Positions 28,951 to 39,656 of a stretch of 64,000 nucleotides of DNA are shown here, piece by piece (positions within the stretch are counted from its first letter, which is position 1; each line of letters opens with the position of its first letter). Origin of the DNA: an uncultured Acidimicrobiaceae bacterium. GTDB taxonomy: Bacteria > Actinomycetota > Acidimicrobiia > Acidimicrobiales > Bog-793. The position numbers were made by a program, and so were the translations under genes. A model generated the notes under the pieces. That model worked only from the letters and a program-made list of their open reading frames with translations, searched no databases and was not told the origin of the DNA. Where the stretch lies: NCBI GenBank assembly GCA_963841155.1, contig CAWJBM010000005.1:11869-75868 (forward strand), read 5' to 3'.

Positions 28951-30825
28951 TCACCCGGCCCGGCGACCGCCCTGGACCTCGCCTGGGTCGCCGCGGGACC
29001 GGGCACGCTTGGACTGAGCGGTCCGCCTCCCTCGCACATCCTGCTCGAGCAGTGCCTTGCGCATCCGGACGCTGGCCGGGGTGACCTCGACGCACTCGTC
29101 CTCCCGGATGAATTCGAGCGCCTGCTCGAGCGAAAGGAGCCTGGGTGGGATCAGGCGGACCAGCTCCTCGGCCGTGGAGGAACGCACATTGGTGACCTTG
29201 CGCTCCTTGGTCGGGTTGACGTCCATGTCCTCCGAGCGGGCGTTCTCTCCGACGATCATCCCCTCGTAGACCTCGACACCGGGCCCGACGAACAGCGCTC
29301 CGCGATCTTGGAGGTTCATCAGCGCGTAGGTGGTCGTCAGACCCCGCCTGTCGGCAACGAGCGAGCCCGACGCACGTGTTCGCAGCTCGCCGTGCCATGG
29401 CTCGAAACGGTCGAATATGTGATGCAACACTCCCGTTCCCCGGGTCTCGGTCAGGAACTCGGTGCGGAAGCCGATCAAGCCGCGAGACGGCACCGAGTAG
29501 TCGACCCTGGCCCAACCGGTGCCGTGATTGACCATCTGGACCAGGCGACCCTTGCGCAGCGAGAGCAACTGGGTGACGACGCCGAGGAACTCCTCGGGCA
29601 CGTCGATCGACACCGCCTCCACTGGCTCGTGCAGCCTGCCGCCGATCATGCGGGTCACGACCTGCGGCTTGCCCACGGTTAGCTCGAAGCCCTCCCTTCG
29701 CAGCACCTCAACGAGAACGGCGAGCTGCAGCTCGCCGCGCCCTTGCACCTCCCACGTATCGGGCCTCTCTGTCGTCAGCAGTCGGATCGAGACGTTGCCG
29801 ACAAGCTCCGCATCGAGGCGGCTCTTCAGCAACCGGACGGTGACCTTGGTCCCTTCGGTGCCCGATAGGGGTGAGGTGTTGATGCCAATGGTCATGCCCA
29901 GACTCGGCTCGTCGACGATGAGAACCGGAAGCGGCCTCGGGTCCTCGGGGTCCGAGAGCGTCTCGCCGATCGTGACATCAGACAACCCGGCCACCGCAAT
30001 GATCTCCCCCGGGCCGGCCTCCGCGACATCGACTCGGTCCAGCCCCTCGGACACGTACAGCTCGGCAACCTTGAATCGCTCCACGATTCCGTCGGCTCGG
30101 CACCATGCAGCCTGCTGGCCACGTCGGATCGTGCCGTGGAGCACGCGACAGATCGCGAGGCGGCCGACATATGCGGACGCGTCGAGGTTCGTGACCAGCG
30201 CCTGCAGCGGATGGCCCGGCTCAAATGTCGGAGCAGGAATGTACTCGTAGATGACTTGGAACAACGGCTCGAGGTCTCTGCCCTCCACCGTCGGATCAAG
30301 TGAGGCACGTCCCGCCCTGGCGTTGCAGTACACGATGGGGAACTCGATCTGCTCCTCGTCCGCGTCGAGGTCCAAGAAGAGCTCATACACCTCGTCCACG
30401 ACCTCCTTGGGACGCGCGTCGGGCCGGTCGATCTTGTTGACCACGAGCACCACGGGCAGGCGCCGCTCGAGCGCCTTGCGCAACACGAAACGAGTCTGAG
30501 GCAAGGGACCCTCGCTGGCGTCCACCAGCAGGAGGACACCATCGACCATGGCGAGGGCTCTCTCGACCTCTCCGCCGAAGTCCGCGTGCCCCGGAGTGTC
30601 GACGATGTTGAACTTCACCCCTCCGTGGCGCACGGAGGTGTTCTTTGCCAGGATGGTGATCCCCTTCTCGCGCTCGAGATCCATGGAGTCCATCACGCGC
30701 TCGTTGACCTCTTGATTGGCGCGGAACACGCCCGACTGCCACAGCATTCCGTCGACGAGCGTCGTCTTGCCGTGGTCGACGTGGGCGACGATCGCGAGGT
30801 TGCGGAAGTTGGCGCGCGAGAGCAT
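28951..30825 (-). CDS. typA: Translational GTPase TypA/BipA
   Basis: [42 protein letters not shown] and DECVEVTP motifs. Confidence 0.98.
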   Translation of the reverse strand: MLSRANFRNLAIVAHVDHGKTTLVDGMLWQSGVFRANQEVNERVMDSMDLEREKGITILAKNTSVRHGGVKFNIVDTPGHADFGGEVERALAMVDGVLLLVDASEGPLPQTRFVLRKALERRLPVVLVVNKIDRPDARPKEVVDEVYELFLDLDADEEQIEFPIVYCNARAGRASLDPTVEGRDLEPLFQVIYEYIPAPTFEPGHPLQALVTNLDASAYVGRLAICRVLHGTIRRGQQAAWCRADGIVERFKVAELYVSEGLDRVDVAEAGPGEIIAVAGLSDVTIGETLSDPEDPRPLPVLIVDEPSLGMTIGINTSPLSGTEGTKVTVRLLKSRLDAELVGNVSIRLLTTERPDTWEVQGRGELQLAVLVEVLRREGFELTVGKPQVVTRMIGGRLHEPVEAVSIDVPEEFLGVVTQLLSLRKGRLVQMVNHGTGWARVDYSVPSRGLIGFRTEFLTETRGTGVLHHIFDRFEPWHGELRTRASGSLVADRRGLTTTYALMNLQDRGALFVGPGVEVYEGMIVGENARSEDMDVNPTKERKVTNVRSSTAEELVRLIPPRLLSLEQALEFIREDECVEVTPASVRMRKALLEQDVRGRRTAQSKRARSRGDPGEVQGGRRAG

Positions 30826-31037
30826 TTGGGCAGGACCCCGGAACAGGACACGACAAGTGGCCGCGGAGCATCAGTCTACCGGGTCGGCCTGCAGGACCAC
30901 CATCCGCCGAAGGCACCCAATGCACGGTCGCACGCGAACGTCCATACGGCCGCCGCCCCGTGGGCGCACCGAGCCGACGTGAGATGACGGCCGAAGGCGG
31001 CCTTCGGCTCGGGATCAGTCCATCCGCTCGGCGCACT

Positions 31038-31061
31038 GCCGTCCCGGCATGTCGGGACGGC
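31038..31061 (-). terminator. GC-rich hairpin downstream of pfk
   Basis: GCCGTCCCG-gcatgt-CGGGACGGC, 9-bp stem 8 nt after the pfk stop; no U-tract. Confidence 0.45.
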
Positions 31062-31069
31062 CGGCCCGC

Positions 31070-32104
31070 TCAGTAGAAGATCTGTGCCAGGCGGTAGAGG
31101 TCTTCGGGCACCAGGCGGGCTCCGGCGGCCACCTCGGACAGCCGGGCTCTCTCCACGCGATCGCCGCGCTTGATGGGGATCGCACCAAAGTCCCCTTCGC
31201 TCAGGAGCTTGTAGGCGCCAACGCCGACGCGTGTCGCCCAGATCCGGTCGTAGGCGGTGGGCGTGCCGCCCCTTTGGGTGTGCCCCAGGACCGTGACCCT
31301 GGTCTCAAAGCCGGTCACGTCCTCCAACTGGCGGCCAAGACGCTCCCCGATCCCGCGACGGCTGAGCTGAACATGCCCGAAGGCGTCCAGAGGCGCCTCG
31401 CTGTCGGATGGGACGGGCAGGCCGACGACATCGGCCCCCTCGGAGACGGCGATGATGCTGAAGGTCTTGCCCTGCCGACGGCGGGCGTGGAGGTGGTCCA
31501 CGACCTCGTGCAGTTCGACCTCGAACTCCGGGATGACGATCATGTCGGCCCCTCCGGCGAGGCCGCCCATCAGCGTCACCCACCCGGCGTCCCGTCCCAT
31601 CGCCTCGACCACCATCACCCGGTGGTGTGAGGCGGCGGTGGTGTGCAGCCGGTCTACTGCCTCGGTGACGACGGCGACAGCAGTGTCAAAGCCGATGCAG
31701 TACTCCGTGACCTGGAGGTCGTTGTCGACAGTCTTGGGGACCCCGACCACGTGCACTCCCCGCTCCGCCAGGGCGGCGGCCACCGAGAGCGTGTCATCCC
31801 CGCCCATGGTCACCAGCGCGTCTATGCCGAGACGCTCGAGGTTGGCTACGACAACCTCCATCGCGCCGGGTTCAGCCAGGGGGTTGACCCGCGAGGTGCC
31901 CAGGACCGTGCCACCCCGGGTAAGGATCCCCGAGACGTCTTCCGGGCGCAACGGGCTGACATCGCCGCCTTCGAGCAGGCCAGCCCACCCGTTGCGCACG
32001 CCAAGAACCTCGGCTCCGTCCGCGAAGGCGCTGCGGGCCACCGCACGGATGGCCGCATTCAGTCCAGGCGCATCTCCCCCCCCAGTTAGGATCCCTATTT
32101 TCAC
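31070..32104 (-). CDS. pfkA: 6-phosphofructokinase, PPi-type signature
   Basis: LTGGGDAPGLNA, GGTVLGTSR, GGDDT, PKTVDND, MGR and LGHTQRGG motifs. Confidence 0.93.
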   Translation of the reverse strand: MKIGILTGGGDAPGLNAAIRAVARSAFADGAEVLGVRNGWAGLLEGGDVSPLRPEDVSGILTRGGTVLGTSRVNPLAEPGAMEVVVANLERLGIDALVTMGGDDTLSVAAALAERGVHVVGVPKTVDNDLQVTEYCIGFDTAVAVVTEAVDRLHTTAASHHRVMVVEAMGRDAGWVTLMGGLAGGADMIVIPEFEVELHEVVDHLHARRRQGKTFSIIAVSEGADVVGLPVPSDSEAPLDAFGHVQLSRRGIGERLGRQLEDVTGFETRVTVLGHTQRGGTPTAYDRIWATRVGVGAYKLLSEGDFGAIPIKRGDRVERARLSEVAAGARLVPEDLYRLAQIFY

Positions 32105-32269
32105 GAGTTCATCTGCTCCTTCGGTTCGAACGCTCAGGCGAGCATAGCGGGCGGGACTCTGCGAGGCCGGGTTGGCCTCGAGGCCTGAGGACCGGGCCGC
32201 AGCCACCACAGCAAGCCGACGGTAAGCCCCGGGGCGCCGACGATTGCGGGCGCTCCGCTGCGGCAAGGC

Positions 32270-33070
32270 TCAGTGCTCGCGCCGCCACGTCCCGAGCAGC
32301 ACGGCGGCGTAGCGGAAGCCGTAGAGGATGTTTCCGCCCTTCTTCGATCGCCCGGAGGCCCGCTCGTGCCACACAGTGGGGCGCTCTGTCACCCTCCATC
32401 CGCGCTTGAGCGAGGTCATGAGCAGCTCGGCCGTCTGGTATTGGTCCTGCTCGAGCCGGCCTTTCACGTCCTCCAGCATCGCCGCCCGCAAGGCCCGGAA
32501 GCCGTTGGATGTGTCGGTGAGATGGGCGCCGGTCAACAGATTCATCAGCGCAGCGAAGAACACCACGCCGAATTGACGGTAGCGGTCCCCCGTCTTGTCC
32601 ACGCCCAGGCGCCGGGAGGCCACAACGAAGTCGGCCTCGTCAGCCACTAGCGGCTCGAGCAGCCCGGGCATCTCGGCCGGGTCGTTCTGGCCGTCGGCGT
32701 CAAATGTCACCACGTACCGGGCCCCCAGGGCCACACAGAGGTCATAGCCGACACGTAGCGCCACCCCGTGACCCAGGTTCACCGGGAACACGAAGGTCAC
32801 TGCCCCGCCTTCCATGGCGACACGGGCAGTCTCATCCTCGCCGCCGTCGACGATCACAAGAGGTGTGACGTCCAGCCCGCATGCCACCTTCGGCACGCGC
32901 CTGAGCACGTCGCCGATGTTGGCCTCCTCCTCGTAGGCGCAGATCAAACCCACGACCGGCGTCAGCGCCAAGTCGCGGTAACGCTCGTCGAAGCTCTGCC
33001 GCCCGAGGTCGATGACCAGCCGCTGGAGCGCCCGCAGACGAGTTTCTTGGTGGTCCGAGATGTTTCGCAT
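32270..33070 (-). CDS. GT2 glycosyltransferase (polyprenyl-phosphate sugar synthase-like)
   Basis: CAYEEE, VDGG.D, NLGHGVAL, FDADGQ, TDTSNGFRA and ERASGRSK motifs. Confidence 0.88.
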   Translation of the reverse strand: MRNISDHQETRLRALQRLVIDLGRQSFDERYRDLALTPVVGLICAYEEEANIGDVLRRVPKVACGLDVTPLVIVDGGEDETARVAMEGGAVTFVFPVNLGHGVALRVGYDLCVALGARYVVTFDADGQNDPAEMPGLLEPLVADEADFVVASRRLGVDKTGDRYRQFGVVFFAALMNLLTGAHLTDTSNGFRALRAAMLEDVKGRLEQDQYQTAELLMTSLKRGWRVTERPTVWHERASGRSKKGGNILYGFRYAAVLLGTWRREH

Positions 33071-33477
33071 GCCTGGAGCTCCTGGAGTTCGAGGGTCGCG
33101 GGAGTGGTGAAGACTTCGCGCGACGTGGGTTCCAAGATAGTGCCCTTGGGCTCTTGCGAGCTCTGGCGGTGCCACGAGACCGAGGCCCGACGTCCCGCTT
33201 GACCGGCGCGAAGTCGGCCATGGGGCAAGCCGTGTCAGAGACACTCGGCAGTGCCCATGACCACGGCGCCCGACGGCCCGTACCGTCGTAGCTCGCAACG
33301 GCGGGCCGCTTGTGCCAAACTTGCCATCCTGATGGAGGCCGGTCGAGACGCTGTCGGTCACGTCCGGGCAGCCTTTTCCCTCCTGAACCTCCCGGCCGCC
33401 GGTTCCCCGTGCACCTGGCCAGGGCGCGCAATTGGCCTACCACCGAGGCCAGCCGGGCGAGCATCGGACCGGGTACG

Positions 33478-36006
33478 GTGACAGGGGTGTCTGCGCCGTC
33501 TCGAGAGCGCGTCGCGCGTTGGTGGCAACGCCGTTGCACCGACGTGTTCGGCCTCTCGGCAATCCTGGGCTTCGTCCTGGCTTACGTGTCGCCGGCATTC
33601 AAGGACGGCGGGAGCTTCGGAAGCTTCGACACGGTCATCTCGTTCAGCTCACTCGGCACCGGCGCATACCCTGGCGCGCCGCACAATGTGCTGAACGGCG
33701 ACTCGGTCACCTTGATGGTGCCCTTCAACACCTTCGACTGGAGGGCGATCCACCATCTCCAGTTCCCGCTCTGGAACGACCTGAGCCTGCTCGGGCTGAA
33801 CCAGTTCCTCAACTTCCAGTCCGGCGTCTTGAGCCTGCCCGATCTTGTGAGCTATCTCGCCCCGCTGCGGTACGCGTTCCTCGTCGTCGTGGCGATGAGG
33901 CTGCTCATCGCCGGGACCGGTGCCTACGTGCTGTGCCGCGTGCTCGGCCTGCGACCGCTCGCCTCGGCGCTGGGCGGGGTCACATTCATGCTGTCGGGCG
34001 CGTTCGCAGGATGGCTCACGTGGCCCCTGTCGGACGTGGTGGCCTGGCTCGGCTGGATCGCGGCGCTCGCGATCCTCGCTTACCGCTGGAAGACAAGGCG
34101 CTCCTACGTGGTCCTGCTGGCGTTGTCGGTCGCCTTCTGCGTGTACGGGGGGTTCCCCGAGGCGTACTTCTTCGTCGCCGCGGCGCTGGTGACCTTCTTC
34201 GTGGTGCTGGCGGTGCTGGCACTCCTGGCCAGGCGGCGGCTGTCGCTCTCGGGCGTCGTGCGAGTCGCCATCGGGGTCATCGCGGGAGGCGTGCTCTCGG
34301 CACCGTTGTGGCTCCCGGGACTCCAGGCGGTGAAGGGAAGTCACCGCGGGACACTGTCAGGTTTCGCGGGCCTCGATGCGCGCGCTCTCGCCCTGCTCGT
34401 CGCGCCGGGGTACTACGGGCTGCCGATCAATGGAAGCCAGTACTTCTACCCGAGGGGTAACTACTACGAGACGGTCGTCTACGTCGGGGTCATCGCGCTC
34501 GTCCTGGCCGGGGCTGCAGTGCTGCGCTGGTGGCGGCACCCGACGGTTGTCGCTCTGGCCGCCATGGTAGTGGTCGCCATGTTGATCTCCTACCAGACGA
34601 GGTCGTTCCATGTCGTATACACCCTCCTGAAGCACTCGGGCCTGGACAGCCTGCCGATCAGCCGGATGCGCGCGATCGTCGGTTTGCCGCTCGGCGTGCT
34701 GTCAGCGTTGGGGCTCGAGACTCTGCTTCGCGCGCGGGGCGAACGCCGCATGTTGATCACGTACTGGGTCATGAGCGCGATCGTGGCCGCGTTCGTCGCC
34801 TTCCTGTGGTATCGGGCCTTCAGCGGCAGGCTCCCCGCGGTGCGTCACGAGCTCAGGCTCGACAGCCTCCTGTGGCCGATCGGGCTAGTCGCGGCATGCG
34901 TTCTGGCCGGCATCTTGTTCCTGTTCGCACGCAGGTTCGCGCGGCGGCGCTCCGCCCGGCGGATCGTTGTCGCGGGAGCAGTCGTGCTCTTCGGCGCAGA
35001 GACGGCCTTCCTTCTGTTCTCCGGAGTCGGGATCAACACCTACAGCAACAGCTTCTTCCCGGTCACGCCCGCAATTGCGCGGCTGAAGACGGTCGTGGGC
35101 TCTGGTCTGGTCGGGTTGGACACCGGAACGCCGACCCAGTCGCAGACGATCGAGCCTGTCGGCTTCTACCCGAACGCAAACCTCGGCTACGGGGTCGCCG
35201 AGTATGCGGGCCACGATCCGGTGATCCCGCAGGTGTACTTCACGAGCCGGGGCGGAATGTCCTATATCGAGCCCGACGTCGACTCCGCCGCGCTCGCCCG
35301 CGAGTACGGGATCGCGTGGATCCTGCAGGAGCCGGGGACTTCGCTGCCAGCGCCACCCGGCACCCGCTATGCCGGGTCGTTCGCAGGTGAGCGCCTCTAC
35401 GCAGTTCCCGGCGCCACGCGCTTCTCCTTGGTCGCCAGAGGCGGCTCGGGCGCATCGCGGCCGGTGTCTTCCATAAGACATCCCGTGACGAGCAGCTGGA
35501 CACTCACGATCGACGCTTCGGCACCAAGCCAGCTGGTCATGCGTGTGACCGACCTACCCGGGTGGCACGCCACGATCGACGGGCGCACATTGGCACTGTC
35601 GCGCTACAGGGGCCTCATGCTGGAGGCGGCGGTCCCCGCCGGCCCTCACCTCATCCACCTCTGGTACCTGCCGGAGCGGCTGGTCATCGGGACCTGGCTT
35701 GCTCTGGCCACCCTCGCCGCTCTGCTCGCGTGGGTGATCTGGCCGCTTGCCTGGCGCAGGCCGCGACCCGACCTGGTGCGTACGGACCTCGGCGAGTCGT
35801 TCGCCCCGGTGTTCGAGGCGGCCGAGGTCGCGCGCCGCCAGCGCGCCGCTCCGAGGACCCTACCCAAGGCGCTCAGCCAAAGGAGGCTGCCCAGGGCGCT
35901 CAGTCCAAGGAGGCTGCGCAAGGTGCCCAGTCCAAACTCGGGCGGAGACGACCGGCGCGGGCCGGAGTCGGGTACGCGCAGCGATCCCTCGGGCCCGCCG
36001 ACCTGA
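33478..36006 (+). CDS. YfhO-family polytopic membrane protein (GT-C-like)
   Basis: FPLWN...G.N...NFQS loop, many TM helices, periplasmic domain with PGWHATIDG..VPAG.H.I.L.Y, final TM helix. Confidence 0.82.
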   Translation: MTGVSAPSRERVARWWQRRCTDVFGLSAILGFVLAYVSPAFKDGGSFGSFDTVISFSSLGTGAYPGAPHNVLNGDSVTLMVPFNTFDWRAIHHLQFPLWNDLSLLGLNQFLNFQSGVLSLPDLVSYLAPLRYAFLVVVAMRLLIAGTGAYVLCRVLGLRPLASALGGVTFMLSGAFAGWLTWPLSDVVAWLGWIAALAILAYRWKTRRSYVVLLALSVAFCVYGGFPEAYFFVAAALVTFFVVLAVLALLARRRLSLSGVVRVAIGVIAGGVLSAPLWLPGLQAVKGSHRGTLSGFAGLDARALALLVAPGYYGLPINGSQYFYPRGNYYETVVYVGVIALVLAGAAVLRWWRHPTVVALAAMVVVAMLISYQTRSFHVVYTLLKHSGLDSLPISRMRAIVGLPLGVLSALGLETLLRARGERRMLITYWVMSAIVAAFVAFLWYRAFSGRLPAVRHELRLDSLLWPIGLVAACVLAGILFLFARRFARRRSARRIVVAGAVVLFGAETAFLLFSGVGINTYSNSFFPVTPAIARLKTVVGSGLVGLDTGTPTQSQTIEPVGFYPNANLGYGVAEYAGHDPVIPQVYFTSRGGMSYIEPDVDSAALAREYGIAWILQEPGTSLPAPPGTRYAGSFAGERLYAVPGATRFSLVARGGSGASRPVSSIRHPVTSSWTLTIDASAPSQLVMRVTDLPGWHATIDGRTLALSRYRGLMLEAAVPAGPHLIHLWYLPERLVIGTWLALATLAALLAWVIWPLAWRRPRPDLVRTDLGESFAPVFEAAEVARRQRAAPRTLPKALSQRRLPRALSPRRLRKVPSPNSGGDDRRGPESGTRSDPSGPPT
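35863..35940 (+). repeat. 27-bp tandem repeat x3 in the YfhO tail
   Basis: cccaaggcgctcagccaaaggaggctg / cccagggcgctcagtccaaggaggctg / cgcaaggtgcccagtccaa. Confidence 0.85.
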
Positions 36007-36023
36007 TGCCCTGACTCAAGGCG

Positions 36024-36965
36024 TCAGGGCCGCCCCTTGGAGTCCCTTGGCGTGGCGCGTGCCCCGGCGATGCGGGCTTCGAGCTCGGCGATGCGGCGGT
36101 CCCTGACGCGGATCTGCTCCTCCTGGCGGCCGACGAAAGTCTCGAGCTCTGCCACATGCGAGCTCCGCGCGTTCAGCTCCGCCTCGAGATGACGAACATA
36201 CCCCTCGACACGGTTGAGGTTCTCCGACACGAAGTTGTCCAGCACGCTCGCAGGCGCGAGCAACGGCACGAGATCTGGCTCCTCCGAGCGCGCATAGAAC
36301 CGGTTGATCCCGTCGAACGAAGCGAAGAGATATCCGGCCGCCAGGAGCTGTGGCTCCCAGCGCGAGTGCGTCTGCTGGTACGACCAGGGATCGGTTGCCT
36401 CCACGACGACCACCCTCGGACGCCACCGCGACCAGTCATTGCCCGACAGCACTTCGGGCTCGGCGCCCTCCACGTCGACTTTGAGGAACGAGACCTCCCC
36501 GGAGCAGTGCTCGTCGAGGACATCTGCCAGCGTGCGGAGCCTGACGACGCGCTCCCGCACCGGCCGACCGGCTCGGACGTACCCGGCGCCCACCTCCGCA
36601 TCTGTGCTCGAGAGGCCCCGTTCGTCACCGACGACGTAGAGGGTGACCTCGCCCGCGGCACTCCCGAGCGCCGCCTCGACCACGATGTCGCGCGGCCGAG
36701 CCCGGCGAAGTTCCGCCGCCTCCTCGGCGAGAGGCTCGATATCGATGCCGCTCCAGCCTGCGTCGTAGAAGTGCCTCGTCACCGAGCTCAAGTAGGGAGA
36801 GGAAGCTCCGACATCCACATACTGGCCGACACCGACGCGGCCACGGCAGAGAGCCCTGTGCAGGACGACGTCCTCGGCGCTCGCTGCATACGACACCATC
36901 CGTTCGGGACTGGAACCTCCCGGGCGGATCTTTGTTCGCGTGTTCTCCGGCCGGTCAGCTCTCAC
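36024..36965 (-). CDS. FkbM family methyltransferase with C-terminal coiled coil
   Basis: YVDVGA..P...SVT, GWSGIDIEP, FLKVDVEGAE, RPRVVVVE and FDGINRFY motifs; heptad tail. Confidence 0.9.
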   Translation of the reverse strand: MRADRPENTRTKIRPGGSSPERMVSYAASAEDVVLHRALCRGRVGVGQYVDVGASSPYLSSVTRHFYDAGWSGIDIEPLAEEAAELRRARPRDIVVEAALGSAAGEVTLYVVGDERGLSSTDAEVGAGYVRAGRPVRERVVRLRTLADVLDEHCSGEVSFLKVDVEGAEPEVLSGNDWSRWRPRVVVVEATDPWSYQQTHSRWEPQLLAAGYLFASFDGINRFYARSEEPDLVPLLAPASVLDNFVSENLNRVEGYVRHLEAELNARSSHVAELETFVGRQEEQIRVRDRRIAELEARIAGARATPRDSKGRP

Positions 36966-37422
36966 GCCAGGCCATCATCCTTTGAGCCCAGCTGCGTGCG
37001 AAACGGTAGAGCGCCGGCCTCGTGGCAACGCGCCGCACCATGCCGTCCACGACGCGGTAGGCGGTTCTGGCACGAATCGCTTCAACCTCGTTCTGCGCGT
37101 ACCGCACAGCGCCCACGTGGTAGTCCAGCTGGCGTTCCAGTTCGAGGGCGTACGCGATGCGGACCTCCAGATCTCGCTTCAGGTACCCCATCTCGGTCTC
37201 GAGGGCGTCCACTCGCTCGACCCACTCTCGCAGGCGGAGCTCCAGCTCCTCCACGACCTCGTCATTGGCTTGTCCCTCGTGTGAGACACGCGACCGCGCG
37301 CGAGCCAGATCGTCGGTCTCGTTGGCGTGCTGGAGCTTGGGCCGGGCTCCGTCCTCGGAGCGTCCGTCACGCGCGAGCTCCCGGCCGGTGACCGGCCGTT
37401 TGGGATCTGGCAGCTTTCTCAT
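36955..37422 (-). CDS. Coiled-coil protein with C-terminal amphipathic helix
   Basis: Heptads VEELELRL..LETEMGYLKRDLEV..LERQL followed by RARTAYRVVDGMVRRV; overlaps both neighbours. Confidence 0.7.
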   Translation of the reverse strand: MRKLPDPKRPVTGRELARDGRSEDGARPKLQHANETDDLARARSRVSHEGQANDEVVEELELRLREWVERVDALETEMGYLKRDLEVRIAYALELERQLDYHVGAVRYAQNEVEAIRARTAYRVVDGMVRRVATRPALYRFARSWAQRMMAWRES

Positions 37423-39426
37423 GTGGCCGCCCTCCGTTCAGGTCGCGATCCTAATGCCCCGGGGTCGCCCAAGACCTCTGCCAGGATAGAGCCCCAGCTG
37501 ACACAGGACCCTTCGGATCGGCGCAGCGCGTCCAGCGCCTCGATCTCGGCGCGTCGTTGTTCCCAGGCCACGCGATCAGTGAGCAACGAGGTGAGCGCGA
37601 GCGCGAAATCCCTGGCATCGTCGGCGACACACAGTGCAGCGGTACCCCGAAGATCGATGCCTTCGGCACCGACGCTCGTGGCCACCGTCGGCACACCGTA
37701 CTGGAGCGCCTCGACGGTCTTGATCTTCACGCCTGCCCCGTACCTGAGCGGCACGATGCAGGCACGGGTCCGGCCGTAGAAGTCCGCGATGTTGCCTATG
37801 TGACCCTCGAAGGAGATGCCACGACCCCCAACTTCGAGCGCCGCCTGCGGTGGTGCGCTGCCGGAAACGCGGATTGTGACCCAAGGCAACCGGGCCAGGA
37901 CGACCGGCAGCACCTCTCGCACGAACCATAGAAGTCCGTCAACGTTCGGCGACTCCGGCCCGGCCAACCAACCCGCCACCAAGAACGCGTCAGAGCGCGC
38001 AGAGAACCCTGCCGGGGTGAGCGCCGGTTCGCTGAGCCAGGGCTCCAGGACAAACGGCTCGCGTGCACCGAGCGCGCTGAGCGCGGCCGCTTCGTCGCTG
38101 GACACGCAAACGATCGTGTCCACTGCGCGCGCGATCTCCGCTTCGATCGCGCGGGAGTCGTCAGCGGCGTTGCACAAGGCCTCGCGAGCAGAGTCGGAGC
38201 CGGCCAACTCGGCCTGCGCCTCCAGACGGCGATAGAACAACGCCTCCGCGTCGTAGCACAGGTGCGCCTCCGGTTGCAGCTCACGGACCATCCACCCATA
38301 GCGCTTGAAGTTGTGCGGGCGCGAGACAATCACCGCCTCGTAGCGCACTGTGCGCCGACGTAGGTGCTCGGCGAGCGGCTCGGTCACAACCCCGACACCC
38401 AACGCTCCCAGCGCGTCGACGTCGCCGTCGTCGGTGGCCGTCGGAAAGACCGAGACCCGATAGCCGGCTCTTGATATGTCTCGCACGACGTCGAACATCC
38501 GCGAGTAACCAGAGCCGAGTCGCAAGTCGGGCAGCCGGTCGTCGATCACCAGCACCCGTGGCGGTGATCCCATGGCAAGATGGATCGCCTCTTCGACGGA
38601 GTCCTCGTCGATCGCAACCGCATGCGTTGGCCCCTCGAACACCTCCGGCCATCGCTCCATCAGCTTCGTCCGATGCGTAAGGCAGAGGAACTCCTTGAAG
38701 CGTTGGGTCGAGCTCCTCGACTCGAAATGGCGGACGACCGAGCGGGGCTCGTAGAGCACCACCTCCCCGCGCTGGGCAATCTTGAGGCAGAAGTCGACAT
38801 CCTCGTAGTAGGCGGGGAAATAGCCCTCGTCGAGACCTCCAAGCTCGTTGAAAGTCTCGCGACGGACCAGGAGTGACAACGCACTGCAATATTCCACACG
38901 CCGGCGAAATCGCAACGAGACAGCGTCCCCGGGCAGATCACGACCTACGCCAAAGCTCCCGCCGTCCTGCCAGATGATCGAGCCTGCCTCCTGCAAGGTC
39001 CCGTCCGAGAGCAGGACGCGGCCGCCGACCGCACCCACTCCAGGAACTTCGCCTGCCTCTACGAGAGGTGGCAACCAGCCCGGTTGAGGCTCGGCGTCAT
39101 CGTTCAAGAGAACCAGATAGGTTCCGCGCGCTTTCGCGCGCACCCAGGTTGCAGCCGCCGGCAAAGCCCCGGTTGACTCGGGACCGGACAATGGTGACAC
39201 CTCGCGTCCCAAACGCGAGGTCATTCGAGACGCTTGGCGCGAGACCGTTCTCGACCACGATCACCTCGAACGGCACGTCCTTGGTGTTCGCGGCCAGGGC
39301 ACGCAGGCATCCCAGCAGGTCCGGCGCAGCACCTGTCGCGACGATGATCACCGAGACAAGCGGGTCCGGCGGCGGGCTGAACTCGACTATTCCACCCGAT
39401 GTCGACTGCACACGCTGCTCCTTCAC
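37419..39426 (-). CDS. Bifunctional GT2-GT4 glycosyltransferase (single-base frameshift near 39133)
   Basis: VSVIIV..EVIVVENG..NRGFAGGCNLGA | ARGTYLVLLNDD..YYEDVDFC; GT4 half PNVDGLLWF..PLRYGAGVKIKTVEA. Confidence 0.88.
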
Positions 39427-39656
39427 GGCGAGTACGCGACTCGCTATTGACCTAGCCGTTGTTGTAGCACAACTTCTCTGCCCATCTGAACTTGGCCCGA
39501 GCGTCCAGATTGGTCGACGGTGCGGACCGAGCCGCCGCGCGATGGTGGATCCAGAACCCCCCGCGCAGGGCTTGGATCGCCGGTGCGTGAATATCGTGGG
39601 TGAAGGCCGCATTCGCCTGACCCTGTCGAGCACTCCGGAGCTCGTCCTGGTCCCGA

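Noticed and set aside
28860-29682. 420-aa GGDEF fusion protein
   Set aside because: The C-terminal part is read-through antisense to typA
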